From the NCBI GenBank assembly GCA_964590515.1, contig CAZPZD010000002.1:2946-66945 (forward strand): DNA of 64,000 nt, in the 5' to 3' direction. This DNA comes from an uncultured Anaerolineaceae bacterium. Its GTDB lineage: Bacteria; Chloroflexota; Anaerolineae; Anaerolineales; E44-bin32. The notes below the pieces were generated by a model that saw nothing but the letters and a program-made list of their open reading frames with translations, made no database searches and had not been told where the DNA came from. Shown here one piece after another: positions 31,349 to 42,145 of this stretch. The position numbers and the translations under genes were made by a program. Each line of letters begins with the position of its first letter. Position 1 is the first letter of the stretch.

Positions 31349-32256
31349 TCCTGCGCTTTGGTCTCCGCCGGCACGACTTCAGGGGCGACGTCGGCGGCCG
31401 GCTGTGCCTCTGCGGCAGCCTTCGCCGCTAGAGCTTCGCGCTCCTCATCGAAATCGCCGCTCATGAGCTTGGCCAAGGTGGCCTCCCCGAGCAGTTCTTC
31501 GTCTGCCATTTCCGGCACTGGGATCTGCTCGCGGGCGGGTTCGCCTGCCTCGCTCATCCCGGGAAGGTCCTTCCTCAGCTCGACTCCCTCCAAGACCGCG
31601 TTAGCGACGGTCGCCGACAGCAGCTTGATGGCCCGGATCGCGTCATCATTGGAGGGGATGACGTAGTCCACTCCCCGCGGATCGCAGTTGGTGTCAACCA
31701 GGCCGATCACCGGAATGCTTAGAAGATTGGCTTCGTGGATCGCCGTTTCCTCATGCTTCACATCCACCACGAAAAGCAAATGGGGGATCGCCTTCATGTT
31801 GCGAATCCCGCCTAGCCGCCCTGCGAGCTTGACAATCCGACGGGTCAGAGTGAGGGCCTCCTTCTTGATTAGCCGCTCAAAATCGCCCTCGTCTCGCCTG
31901 CGTTCCAGCTCATCCAACTCGTCGATCTGACTGCGGATCGTGCGCCAGTTGGTGAGGGTCCCACCCAGCCAGCGAGAATTGACAAATGGCATTCCGCAGC
32001 GGATGGCCTCCTGTTCGATTGACTCCTGAGCCTGACGCTTAGTTCCCACAAAGAGCACCGAACCTCCGCTAGCCACCGTCTCCCGGATCAGAGCGTAAGC
32101 TTCATCCAGCGAGTCGAGAGTCTGTTGCAGGTCGATGATGTGGATGCTGTTGCGTTCGGTGAAGATGAAGGGCTTCATCCGCGGGTTCCACTTGCGGGTG
32201 CGGTGCCCAAAGTGCACCCCGGTCTCTAAGAGCTCCTTCATGTTCACGACTGGCAT
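31345..32256 (-). CDS. rpsB: 30S ribosomal protein S2 with an acidic/Ala-rich C-terminal extension
   Basis: 303 aa. [35 protein letters not shown]. Confidence 0.95.
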
Positions 32257-32389
32257 CTGGCCTCCAAGGGTTCGGCAGCTAAACCGCGAAACTCAGCTCG
32301 AGCCGCTGCCGGACCCGAGTTCGAAGCTCACCCGCCGGGCAGAAACTCTCCCGCCGGGCTGCTAACAGCCGTGAGCGGGAGCGCTCGGC

Positions 32390-32398
32390 AGTATATCA
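32390..32398 (-). promoter_or_regulatory. Putative extended -10 promoter (TGaTATACT) for rpsB-tsf
   Basis: The minus strand reads TGATATACT, immediately after the acpS stop, giving a leader of about 127 nt. Confidence 0.45.
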
Positions 32399-32408
32399 TA
32401 CTCGACGG

Positions 32409-32783
32409 TTAGCTCGCGGAAGTGTTGAATGCGACAGCCACCGCCACCGCGTGTTGCTCGGTGTGGCTCAGGCTGATCGCCCAATCGGTGAGGCCCATGG
32501 AGACGGCCAACTCATGAGCCTGGCCGTGCAGGCGCAGCTGAGGTTCCCGGCGCGGACCGTTGACCACTTCGATTTCCTTCCAGGCAATGTCCCCGATCCC
32601 GGTTCCCAGCGCCTTCGCAACGGCCTCCTTCGCGGCAATCCTGGCCGCCAGGGCAGGGGTCTGCCCATTGGAGTCGATCAACTCCTGTTGAGTATAGAAG
32701 CGTTCGAAGAATCGATCACCATGCCGCAAGATGGCATGATCTATCCGCTGCACTTCAATGACATCCACGCCGGACCGCAGCAC
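32409..32783 (-). CDS. acpS: Holo-[acyl-carrier-protein] synthase
   Basis: 124 aa. GVDVIEVQRI start and AAKEAVAKALGTG motif. GTG start. Confidence 0.9.
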   Translation of the reverse strand: MLRSGVDVIEVQRIDHAILRHGDRFFERFYTQQELIDSNGQTPALAARIAAKEAVAKALGTGIGDIAWKEIEVVNGPRREPQLRLHGQAHELAVSMGLTDWAISLSHTEQHAVAVAVAFNTSAS

Positions 32784-32785
32784 CG

Positions 32786-34084
32786 CTATCCCGGCCTCCC
32801 ATTTGAGCCTGCGCTGGCGATGGCCATGTTGTCCGGGTCTAGGAAACGTCTGGAGACTCTCAAAATGTCTTTGGCGGCGAAGCTCGCCACCAGGCCCGGG
32901 TAGCGCTGATAATAGTCCAATCCGAGGGCGTGGCGCTCCGCGTTGACGATCGCTCCGGCAACTCCTTCATTCGTCTCCAGCTGTAGGGGGAGCCGCCCGA
33001 TGAAATTGGCCTGGTTGTCCTCCAGCTCTCCCTGACTGGGCGAGCGGGTACTCATCTTGCGCATTTCCTTCCGGATGAGCTCGATCGCTCGGTCAAGGTT
33101 TTTCGGGCTGACCCCTGCCACGATCTCCCAGGGGCCGGGGCCGTGTCCGCCGACCAGGCTGCTGTAGGCATAGTAAGCCAGGCCGGCCTCTTCCCGCACC
33201 ACATCCCCGATGCGACCGTACATCCCGAACCGGCCCAGGATGTTGTTGGCCAGTGCGGCCGCCAGGAAATCAGGATCCGATCGAGGCGGGCCCGGAACGC
33301 CCATGACCACATCGGTCTGACTCTTGCCCTCCAAGGTCACGTGATCGCGATGGAGTCCTTTCAGCTTATCGATCCCCGGCAGCTCGAGCTGAACAGCCCT
33401 ACCATTTCCCTTCCAACCTTCGAACCGCTCCATAACCGACGCCGCGGCCTCTTCGGCTTTCACTCCCCCCACCACGCAGATCACCATTCCACCTGGCCGA
33501 TAGTGTGCCCGGTGGAATGCCCGCAGGTCAGCCGCGGTAAGGTTGGTGACGGTCTCTTTGTACCCGTCAGTCGGGACGGAGTAGGGATGGCCCGGGTAGA
33601 TTAACCCATTGAAGGCCAGGTCGGCGCGGGCCCCGGTCTCCTGATCCCGAATCGCCAGCGAGGTGAGCATCTCGGCCCGCAGCCGGTCAACTTGCCTCTT
33701 TGGGAAGGAAGGCTGTCGGAGCACTTCCAGCAGCAGGTCCAAGAGCATCCCCAGGTCTTCAGCCAGGGCCTTGCCCGAAAACGAGGTGCTGTGTTTGCCG
33801 GCCGAAAAGCCCAGCCGGGCGCCGATTGATTCGATGGATTCATAGATTTGGTCGAAGGTCCGCTCCTGGGTCCCTCGCATCAAGCTGGCTGCAGTCATGG
33901 CGGCCAGGCCGGCCCGCTCAGGCTTTTCCTGCAGTGCGCCGGCCCACAGATAGCCAGAGAGCACTACCGACGGGCTCAAGAAATTCTCGCGTCCCAGGAA
34001 TACGATCCCGTTCGGCAGGATCTGCCTGCGGATCGTCTCGGGTCCGGGCAGACTGCGAAGATCGAGCTGCCTAAACTCGGCCAT
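32786..34084 (-). CDS. M16 (pitrilysin/insulinase) family protein lacking the HxxEH zinc motif (non-catalytic partner)
   Basis: 432 aa with an M16 fold pattern, but no HxxEH in the N-terminal region. 14-nt overlap with the upstream M16 gene. Confidence 0.8.
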   Translation of the reverse strand: MAEFRQLDLRSLPGPETIRRQILPNGIVFLGRENFLSPSVVLSGYLWAGALQEKPERAGLAAMTAASLMRGTQERTFDQIYESIESIGARLGFSAGKHSTSFSGKALAEDLGMLLDLLLEVLRQPSFPKRQVDRLRAEMLTSLAIRDQETGARADLAFNGLIYPGHPYSVPTDGYKETVTNLTAADLRAFHRAHYRPGGMVICVVGGVKAEEAAASVMERFEGWKGNGRAVQLELPGIDKLKGLHRDHVTLEGKSQTDVVMGVPGPPRSDPDFLAAALANNILGRFGMYGRIGDVVREEAGLAYYAYSSLVGGHGPGPWEIVAGVSPKNLDRAIELIRKEMRKMSTRSPSQGELEDNQANFIGRLPLQLETNEGVAGAIVNAERHALGLDYYQRYPGLVASFAAKDILRVSRRFLDPDNMAIASAGSNGRPG

Positions 34085-35351
34085 TGGGTCGATACACCCC
34101 TATCGTCCGATTCGACGGGACCAGCCGCTTGCGGGCCGCTTCGAGGATTGTCTCAGGCGTGACCTGCGCCAGCCGGTCAAGATAAGTCTCGAACCACTCG
34201 TGGCCCGCAAACATTTCGCTGTATCCAAGCCAAAAAGCCTGGTTGGTGATGCTCTCCGTGCCGAAGGCAAAGAGGGCCCGGGCCTGTTTGATGGCCTTGG
34301 CTACCTCTTCCTCCCGGACCGGGTCGTTGAGCAGCTTGGTGATCTCCTCGTCACAGGCAGCCAGCACAGCTTCGGGGGTGCTATCCGGCCGGACGGTCAC
34401 CGAGATCGAGTACAGATAGGGGTCGATGCTCGCGGTGAGGCTCCCCGAGACAGATGCGGCCAGCTCTCCCTCGACCAGTCGCTTGTACAGCCGGGAGGTT
34501 TTGTTCGAGATATCTCCGCCAAGGAATCCGAGGTTTGTCGCCCCGCTGAGCGCGCTGTCCAGCACACCCAGAGGAATGAGGTCACCGTCCCCCGCGCTTG
34601 GTGCATGGTAGGCCAGCTCGAGGTAGGCCGTCTCGCCGGGTCCTTCGACTTCCACCCACCGTTCTCCCGGCTGGCCCGGCTCCGGCCGAGGCTTGTGCAC
34701 CGGGCGGGGCGCCTTGGGGAGCGGCCCAAAGAGCTCCCGGATTCGCTCGAGCATTGGGCCGGCTTTGAAATTGCCCGCAACGGCCAGGACCGCGTTGCTG
34801 GGCACATAGTACGTTTGATAGTGGTTGTACAGATCATCCCGGGTAATCGATTCCAAATCGGTCATATCGCCCAAGACCGTGTGTTGATAGGGGTGAATCC
34901 GAAAGGCCGCTGCGTGCAGCTCCTCCGACAGTCGGAAGGAAGGATCGTTCTCAGCTCCCTGCCGCTCGGAGATGATCACGGTCCGCTCCGACTCGACTTC
35001 CTTCGCCTCGAACAGGCTGTTCGCCATTCGATCGGCCTCGATCCGCAGGCCAAGGTCGGCCCGGTCCTGCGGCATGGTTTCGAAATAGGCCGTCCAATCG
35101 ACCCAGGTGAAGGCGTTCCACAAGCCTCCATCCCGCGAGATCGCTCGGTCCAGGGTGCCTGCCGGAAAGGTTGGCGTCCCCTTGAACTGCATGTGTTCGA
35201 CCCAGTGGGAAACTCCGGTGATCCCGGGCCGTTCGTTGCGGGAGCCCACCCGATACCAGACCCAGGTACTGATGAGCGGCGCGGTATGGATCTCCTTGAG
35301 CCGGACCTCCAGGCCATTTCGGAGCTTGGTTCGCAGCATCGCCTCACTCAC
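34071..35351 (-). CDS. M16 family zinc metallopeptidase (catalytic subunit)
   Basis: 426 aa. HWVEH (aa 49-53) followed by MQFKGT. GTGA overlap with the ugd stop. Confidence 0.85.
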   Translation of the reverse strand: MSEAMLRTKLRNGLEVRLKEIHTAPLISTWVWYRVGSRNERPGITGVSHWVEHMQFKGTPTFPAGTLDRAISRDGGLWNAFTWVDWTAYFETMPQDRADLGLRIEADRMANSLFEAKEVESERTVIISERQGAENDPSFRLSEELHAAAFRIHPYQHTVLGDMTDLESITRDDLYNHYQTYYVPSNAVLAVAGNFKAGPMLERIRELFGPLPKAPRPVHKPRPEPGQPGERWVEVEGPGETAYLELAYHAPSAGDGDLIPLGVLDSALSGATNLGFLGGDISNKTSRLYKRLVEGELAASVSGSLTASIDPYLYSISVTVRPDSTPEAVLAACDEEITKLLNDPVREEEVAKAIKQARALFAFGTESITNQAFWLGYSEMFAGHEWFETYLDRLAQVTPETILEAARKRLVPSNRTIGVYRPNGRV

Positions 35352-36706
35352 AGGCTGCGCTCCTCCTGACGAGCGGTCTCTGGCTCGCTGAGCGGCATCC
35401 CATCCGGGCCGTACCCCTGCCCGAACCCGACATAGCGAAACCCTAACCGCGCCATCTGCTTCGGATCGTAGATATTGCGACCATCTACGATGACCGGTTG
35501 GCGCATCAGATCGTGGATGCGCTGCAGATCCAACTGAATGAACTCATTCCACTCGGTGCACACCACAATCGCATCACAGCCCGCCGCCAAACTGTACGGG
35601 TCGGAAGCCATCTGGATCTCGGGGAAGAGGGCAGCCGCCCGCTCCATGGCAACCGGATCATAGGCCCGGATCCGGGATCCCTCGGAGCTGAACAGCTGGG
35701 CAACCTCCAGAGCGGGCGCTTCGCGCAAGTCATCGGTATCGGGTTTGAAGGTCAGACCGAGCAGACCGATTACCTTGCCCCGCAAATCCCCGAGCAGTTC
35801 ACGGGTCTTGTCAACCAGCAGCGAGCGCCGATCGTCGTTGATCTCCATCACGGCCTGCAGCAGCTGCGGATGACGTCCTTTCTCCGCCGCCATGTAGGCC
35901 AGTGCCTTGACATCCTTGGGAAAACACGAGCCCCCGTAGCCCAGACCGGCTTCCAGGAAATGAGGGGTGATTCGGGGGTCGTACCCCATGCCGGTAGCCA
36001 CTTCCTTGATGTCCGCCCCAAGCGCTTCACAGATGTTGGCGATCTCGTTGATGAAAGAGATCTTGGTGGCCAGAAACGCGTTCGAGGCGTACTTGATCAT
36101 CTCGGCGGTGCGCAGGTCGGTAATCATGATCGGAGCCCGCAACGGCAGGTGGAGCTGGGCCACTTTCTCCGCAGCCCGGGCGTCGGTGGAGCCCAAGACT
36201 GTCCGGGCCGGGTGCATGAAATCGGTAATGGCGGCCCCCTCCCGCAGGAACTCCGGATTCGAGACGACCGAGAATGGGATGGAAACCCGTTGGTGAGAGC
36301 GTACGGTATCCGCCAACCAGTCCCCGGTGCCGACCGGGACAGTCGATTTGTTGACAATAATGAGAGGGGCGATCATGGCTTGGGCAATTGATTCAGCAGC
36401 CTGGCGAATGTGTTTCAGGTCGGCTTCCCCCTCAGCGCCCCCAGGCGTACCCACGGCGATAAAGACAAATTCGGCCTCGGCGACGGCTTCCGAATACGAC
36501 GTAGTAAAGCGCAGCCGTCCGGCCGCCAGGTTACGCCCAACCAGCTCTTCCAACCCCGGCTCGTAGATCGGCAGCTGTCCACGCTGCAGCCCTGAGATCC
36601 GATCCTGATCGGTGTCCAACGCCACGACTCGGTTCCCGAGATCGGCAAAGCACGCTCCGGTCACCAAGCCGACATGGCCGACCCCGACCACCGTCAGATT
36701 CTTCAA
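35348..36706 (-). CDS. ugd: UDP-glucose 6-dehydrogenase (nucleotide-sugar dehydrogenase family)
   Basis: [22 protein letters not shown] Rossmann motif and catalytic GGSCFPKD. I chose TTG 36706 (AGGAG 9 nt upstream) because a promoter-like box lies inside the longer ORF (GTG 36757). Confidence 0.85.
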   Translation of the reverse strand: MKNLTVVGVGHVGLVTGACFADLGNRVVALDTDQDRISGLQRGQLPIYEPGLEELVGRNLAAGRLRFTTSYSEAVAEAEFVFIAVGTPGGAEGEADLKHIRQAAESIAQAMIAPLIIVNKSTVPVGTGDWLADTVRSHQRVSIPFSVVSNPEFLREGAAITDFMHPARTVLGSTDARAAEKVAQLHLPLRAPIMITDLRTAEMIKYASNAFLATKISFINEIANICEALGADIKEVATGMGYDPRITPHFLEAGLGYGGSCFPKDVKALAYMAAEKGRHPQLLQAVMEINDDRRSLLVDKTRELLGDLRGKVIGLLGLTFKPDTDDLREAPALEVAQLFSSEGSRIRAYDPVAMERAAALFPEIQMASDPYSLAAGCDAIVVCTEWNEFIQLDLQRIHDLMRQPVIVDGRNIYDPKQMARLGFRYVGFGQGYGPDGMPLSEPETARQEERSL

Positions 36707-36733
36707 AAGAGCACTCTCCTGGAGGGGGCGGCA

Positions 36734-36742
36734 ATAATACCA
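36734..36742 (-). promoter_or_regulatory. Putative extended -10 promoter (TGgTATTAT) for the ugd-M16-M16-acpS unit
   Basis: The minus strand reads TGGTATTAT, 27 nt upstream of TTG 36706. Confidence 0.4.
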
Positions 36743-36804
36743 TGCAACCCCGCCCACGAGCCTACCTGGCGTAAAATCAACCCTGTCATCCCCTGGAGGG
36801 CGCC

Positions 36805-37332
36805 GTGGAAGTCAATCAGGCCATCCGATTCAAGCGTGCAGTGCGCAGTTTTGGCGCCGAGACGCTTCCCGAGCAGGCCTTGCAGGCTATTCTGAACGCC
36901 GGCCGTAGGGCCCAGTCGGCCAAGAACCGCCAGGCGTGGCACTTTATCGTCATCCGCGACCGGGAGACGCTGGCGGAGCTAGCCAAGCTTGGCACCTACG
37001 CCGCCCACCTATCGGGGGCCGCCGCCGCTATCGGCATCCTGACCCCCAACCCCGACGAACGATGGTCAATTATGTTCGATGCCGGGCAGGCCGCGGCCTA
37101 CATGCAATTGGCCGCCCTTGAGCTGGGGATTGGTTCCTGTCCCGCGACCATCTACCAGGGCGAAGAGGCTCGCCGGCGGCTGGGGTTCCCGGCGGAACTG
37201 CATCTGCGAGTGATGTTATCTTTCGGGTACCCTGCCGACCCCGGCGAGCTTACTGCCTCGCCGCACCCGGGCGGCCGAAAGGCGCTCTCTCAGCTGGTCT
37301 CCTTTGAGCGCTGGCAGGATCCATTGCCCTGA
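36805..37332 (+). CDS. Nitroreductase family protein
   Basis: 175 aa. [19 protein letters not shown] motif. GTG start with GGAGG 5 nt upstream. Confidence 0.85.
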   Translation: MEVNQAIRFKRAVRSFGAETLPEQALQAILNAGRRAQSAKNRQAWHFIVIRDRETLAELAKLGTYAAHLSGAAAAIGILTPNPDERWSIMFDAGQAAAYMQLAALELGIGSCPATIYQGEEARRRLGFPAELHLRVMLSFGYPADPGELTASPHPGGRKALSQLVSFERWQDPLP

Positions 37333-37394
37333 GATTCTCTGTTCAACTGGTCCCCCTCATCCTGACCCGGACGGTCATCAATACCGGCTATCGG

Positions 37395-38480
37395 ATGGTC
37401 TATCCCTTCCTGCCGATCATCGCCCGCAGCCTCGCCGTTGCACCTGCGGCCATCATCCTGGGAGTGACGGCACGCTCGGCCCTCGGTCTGGGGACTCCAC
37501 TGTTGGGAGCGCTCGCCGATCGGATCGGGCGCAAGCCGGCGTTGCTGGCGGGGGTGGCAATCTTTATCGCCGGCGGCCTGATGGTGGCCCTGCACCCAAG
37601 CTACCCCACCCTGGTGCTGGCGTTGCTCTCGGTCGGCCTGTCCAAGGCGCTGTTCGACTCGGCCCTGTACGCCCACGTGGGTGACCGGGTGCCATTCGAG
37701 CGGCGGGGGACCTCGATGGCGTTGGTTGAGTTCAGCTGGTCGGGTGCGTTCTTGATTGGGATACCGGCAATCGGATTGCTGATGGGCGCCGCCGGATGGG
37801 TGGCTCCATTCCCGGCCTTGGCAGGCCTCGCCTTGTTAGGGGGGATCTGGATCTGGATCACTCTCCCCGGGAACTCCGGCTCTGGCGGCCGAGGGGCCTC
37901 GCTCGGCAGCGGCTTCTCGGCGATCCTGCTCAGGAGGTCGGCCCTCGCCGGGCTTGCGGTCGGGCTGCTGATCTCGGCCTCCAACGAGATGATCAACATC
38001 GTGTATGGTCTCTGGATGGAGCAGACCTTCGACCTTCGGATTGCAGCGTTAGGTGCGGCCACAGCCGTCATCGGCCTTGCCGAACTTGGGGGCGAAGGGC
38101 TCGTGGCGGGCCTGGCCGATCGGATTGGCAAGCGCCGACTGGTTGCGGTGGGAATCATGGCCTGCTGCCTTACCACCCTGCTGCTTCCCCTGCTTGCCGG
38201 ATCGCTCGGGGTGGGCCTGCTTGGTCTCTTCGCGTTCTATTTGAGCTTCGAGGCCACTATCGTCGGTACGTTGCCATTGATGAGTGAGCAGGTACCGCAG
38301 GCCAGGGCGACCCTGCTAGCCACCAACATCGCCGCCCTCTCGCTCGGCCGGAGTGTGGGAGCCCTCGCCGGAGCTCCACTGTTCGCCCTCGGGATGCAGG
38401 CTAATGCAGCAGCCGCAGCGGCCTTGAATTTGCTTGCCTTGGGCTTGCTGCTCGGCCTGGTGAAGGAACGAGGTCAATGA
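37395..38480 (+). CDS. MFS transporter (N-terminus possibly longer than the first canonical start)
   Basis: 361 aa, multi-TM. GALADRIGRKP loop motif. The frame is open from 37308 and encodes a TM1-like segment upstream of ATG 37395. Confidence 0.8.
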   Translation: MVYPFLPIIARSLAVAPAAIILGVTARSALGLGTPLLGALADRIGRKPALLAGVAIFIAGGLMVALHPSYPTLVLALLSVGLSKALFDSALYAHVGDRVPFERRGTSMALVEFSWSGAFLIGIPAIGLLMGAAGWVAPFPALAGLALLGGIWIWITLPGNSGSGGRGASLGSGFSAILLRRSALAGLAVGLLISASNEMINIVYGLWMEQTFDLRIAALGAATAVIGLAELGGEGLVAGLADRIGKRRLVAVGIMACCLTTLLLPLLAGSLGVGLLGLFAFYLSFEATIVGTLPLMSEQVPQARATLLATNIAALSLGRSVGALAGAPLFALGMQANAAAAAALNLLALGLLLGLVKERGQ

Positions 38481-39772
38481 AGATGGAACCAAGACCGTCA
38501 GTCGATCTGCTGGTCCACTCTGCTTCTCAGCTGCTCACCTGCGCCGGCGGCCCGCAGCGCGGGCCCGCCCTGGGCACCCTCGGGCTCATCGAGGGCGGGG
38601 CGGTTGCGATTCGGGCCGGGCTCATTGTAGCGACCGGGTCGACCGAGGAGCTCCGCCGCTCTTACTCAGCATCCCGCGAACTCAGCGCGGCTGGTCGGGT
38701 GGTCCTGCCCGGCTTTGTCGACCCGCATACTCACCTCGTATGGGCCGGCGACCGCGCCGCCGAATTTGAACAGCGGGTCCAGGGCGCGAGCTACCTGGAG
38801 ATTCTGGAGGCCGGAGGTGGCATCCTTTCGACGGTTCGCCGGACCCGGTTCGCCAGCCTCGAGACTTTGCTGTCGGAGAGCCGGCCGCGGCTGCGCAAGA
38901 TGCTGGAATATGGAACGACAACCGCCGAGGCCAAGACCGGCTACGGGCTGAAACTCGAGGCCGAGCTGCGCCTCCTGGATGCAATCCTGGCGCTGGGTTC
39001 CGAGGGACCGGTCGACCTGGTGCCTACGTTTCTGGCGGCCCACGCCGTCCCGGAAGGCTGGCAGCCCGCTGAATATGTGGAGCTGATCTGCGATCACATG
39101 CTGCCGGCCCTGGTTCCCTGGTGGGCCCGCCACGGCCGAGGACTCCCACTTCCGTTTGTCGATGTGTTCTGCGAGGTTGGGGCTTTCGACCTGGCGCTCA
39201 GCCGCCGGGTGCTCGAGTCCGCCCGTTCACTGGGTTTCCCGCTCAAGATTCACGCCGACGAATTCAACTCGCTGGGAGCGGCCGGGCTGGCGGTCGAACT
39301 CGGGGCCACTTCCGCAGACCACTTGCTCCAAACCCCGGCCTCGGATCTCATGCGGTTGGCGGGATCGGATACCGTGGCTGTGGCGCTGCCGGCTACGCCA
39401 TTTGGCCTTGGCTTGCCGACTTATCCTCCGGCTCAGGCGATCTTGAAGCATGGTGGAATCCTGGCGCTCGGAACGGACCTCAACCCAGGGACCGCCTGGT
39501 GCGAGAACATGCAGTTTGTGATCAGCTTGGCCTGTCGAACCCTGGGGCTCAGCCCCGCCCAGGCGATCGCCGCAGCCACTATCAACGCCGCTGCCGCTAT
39601 TGGCCGGGACGAGCGAGTCGGCAGTCTCGAGCCCGGTAAAGACGCCGACCTGCTTGTGCTCGGTGTTTCCGATTACCGCCAGCTTGGTTACCGGTTTGGC
39701 ACGAACCTTGTATCGACGGTTATCAAGAAAGGTCAAATCGTCGTGGCTGAGAGGACCGATGGATTGGACTGA
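38477..39772 (+). CDS. hutI: Imidazolonepropionase
   Basis: 431 aa. FVDPHTHLVWAGDRAAEFEQRVQGASYLEILEAGGGILSTVRRTR. ATGA overlap with the MFS stop. Confidence 0.85.
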   Translation: MKMEPRPSVDLLVHSASQLLTCAGGPQRGPALGTLGLIEGGAVAIRAGLIVATGSTEELRRSYSASRELSAAGRVVLPGFVDPHTHLVWAGDRAAEFEQRVQGASYLEILEAGGGILSTVRRTRFASLETLLSESRPRLRKMLEYGTTTAEAKTGYGLKLEAELRLLDAILALGSEGPVDLVPTFLAAHAVPEGWQPAEYVELICDHMLPALVPWWARHGRGLPLPFVDVFCEVGAFDLALSRRVLESARSLGFPLKIHADEFNSLGAAGLAVELGATSADHLLQTPASDLMRLAGSDTVAVALPATPFGLGLPTYPPAQAILKHGGILALGTDLNPGTAWCENMQFVISLACRTLGLSPAQAIAAATINAAAAIGRDERVGSLEPGKDADLLVLGVSDYRQLGYRFGTNLVSTVIKKGQIVVAERTDGLD

Positions 39773-39935
39773 AACACCGCTCGGAGTCCGGGCGGTTCTC
39801 ATCGTGGCGGCTGCCGTCGCGGCTTGGATTTCGATTCGATTTGTGCTCAGGATCACAATGCGTCTATTCGCCCTTGGCTGCCTGGGCCTCGCGGTGCTGG
39901 TGGTCATTGGCGGGGTCGCCGGCTGGCTGGGCTGA
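39759..39935 (+). CDS. Possible small two-TM membrane protein
   Basis: 58 aa from ATG 39759 (MDWTETPLGVRAVLIVAAAVAAWISIRF..LGCLGLAVLVVIGGVAGWLG). It overlaps the hutI end by 14 nt and is followed by a terminator. There is no homology support. Confidence 0.35.
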   Translation: MDWTETPLGVRAVLIVAAAVAAWISIRFVLRITMRLFALGCLGLAVLVVIGGVAGWLG

Positions 39936-39972
39936 GTCGGGCTGAAGCGGCGCAGTTCACGGCTTTAACACA

Positions 39973-40001
39973 AACAGCCCCTCCTGGTCGGAGGGGCTGT
40001 T
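39973..40001. terminator. Bidirectional rho-independent terminator between the hutI unit and groEL
   Basis: Stem CAGCCCCTCC/GGAGGGGCTG (10-12 bp) with loop TGGTC. Plus-strand tail TTGATTT; minus-strand tail TTTGTGTT. Confidence 0.7.
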
Positions 40002-40020
40002 GATTTGCATCCCGAGCGGA

Positions 40021-41980
<1,960 letters not shown>

Positions 41981-42029
41981 ATGGGTTCTCCCTCAGGATT
42001 AGGATTCGGTCTGATACACGATTCGCCAG

Positions 42030-42056
42030 TTAGCACTCAGCAGGTCAGAGTGCTAA
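42030..42056. promoter_or_regulatory. CIRCE operator (HrcA binding site)
   Basis: Perfect TTAGCACTC-N9-GAGTGCTAA, 50 nt upstream of the groES ATG. Confidence 0.9.
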
Positions 42057-42067
42057 CCAGCGACGTG

Positions 42068-42097
42068 AGTCTACCAAAGAGCCTCACTGGTTGTCAA
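42068..42097 (-). promoter_or_regulatory. Sigma70-type promoter of groES-groEL
   Basis: The minus strand reads TTGACA-N18-TAGACT, ending 11 nt upstream of CIRCE. Confidence 0.6.
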
Positions 42098-42145
42098 GAA
42101 CGATCGCGGGCGGCCCTCGGAAGCGAGAATCGCTTGGATTGCCGC

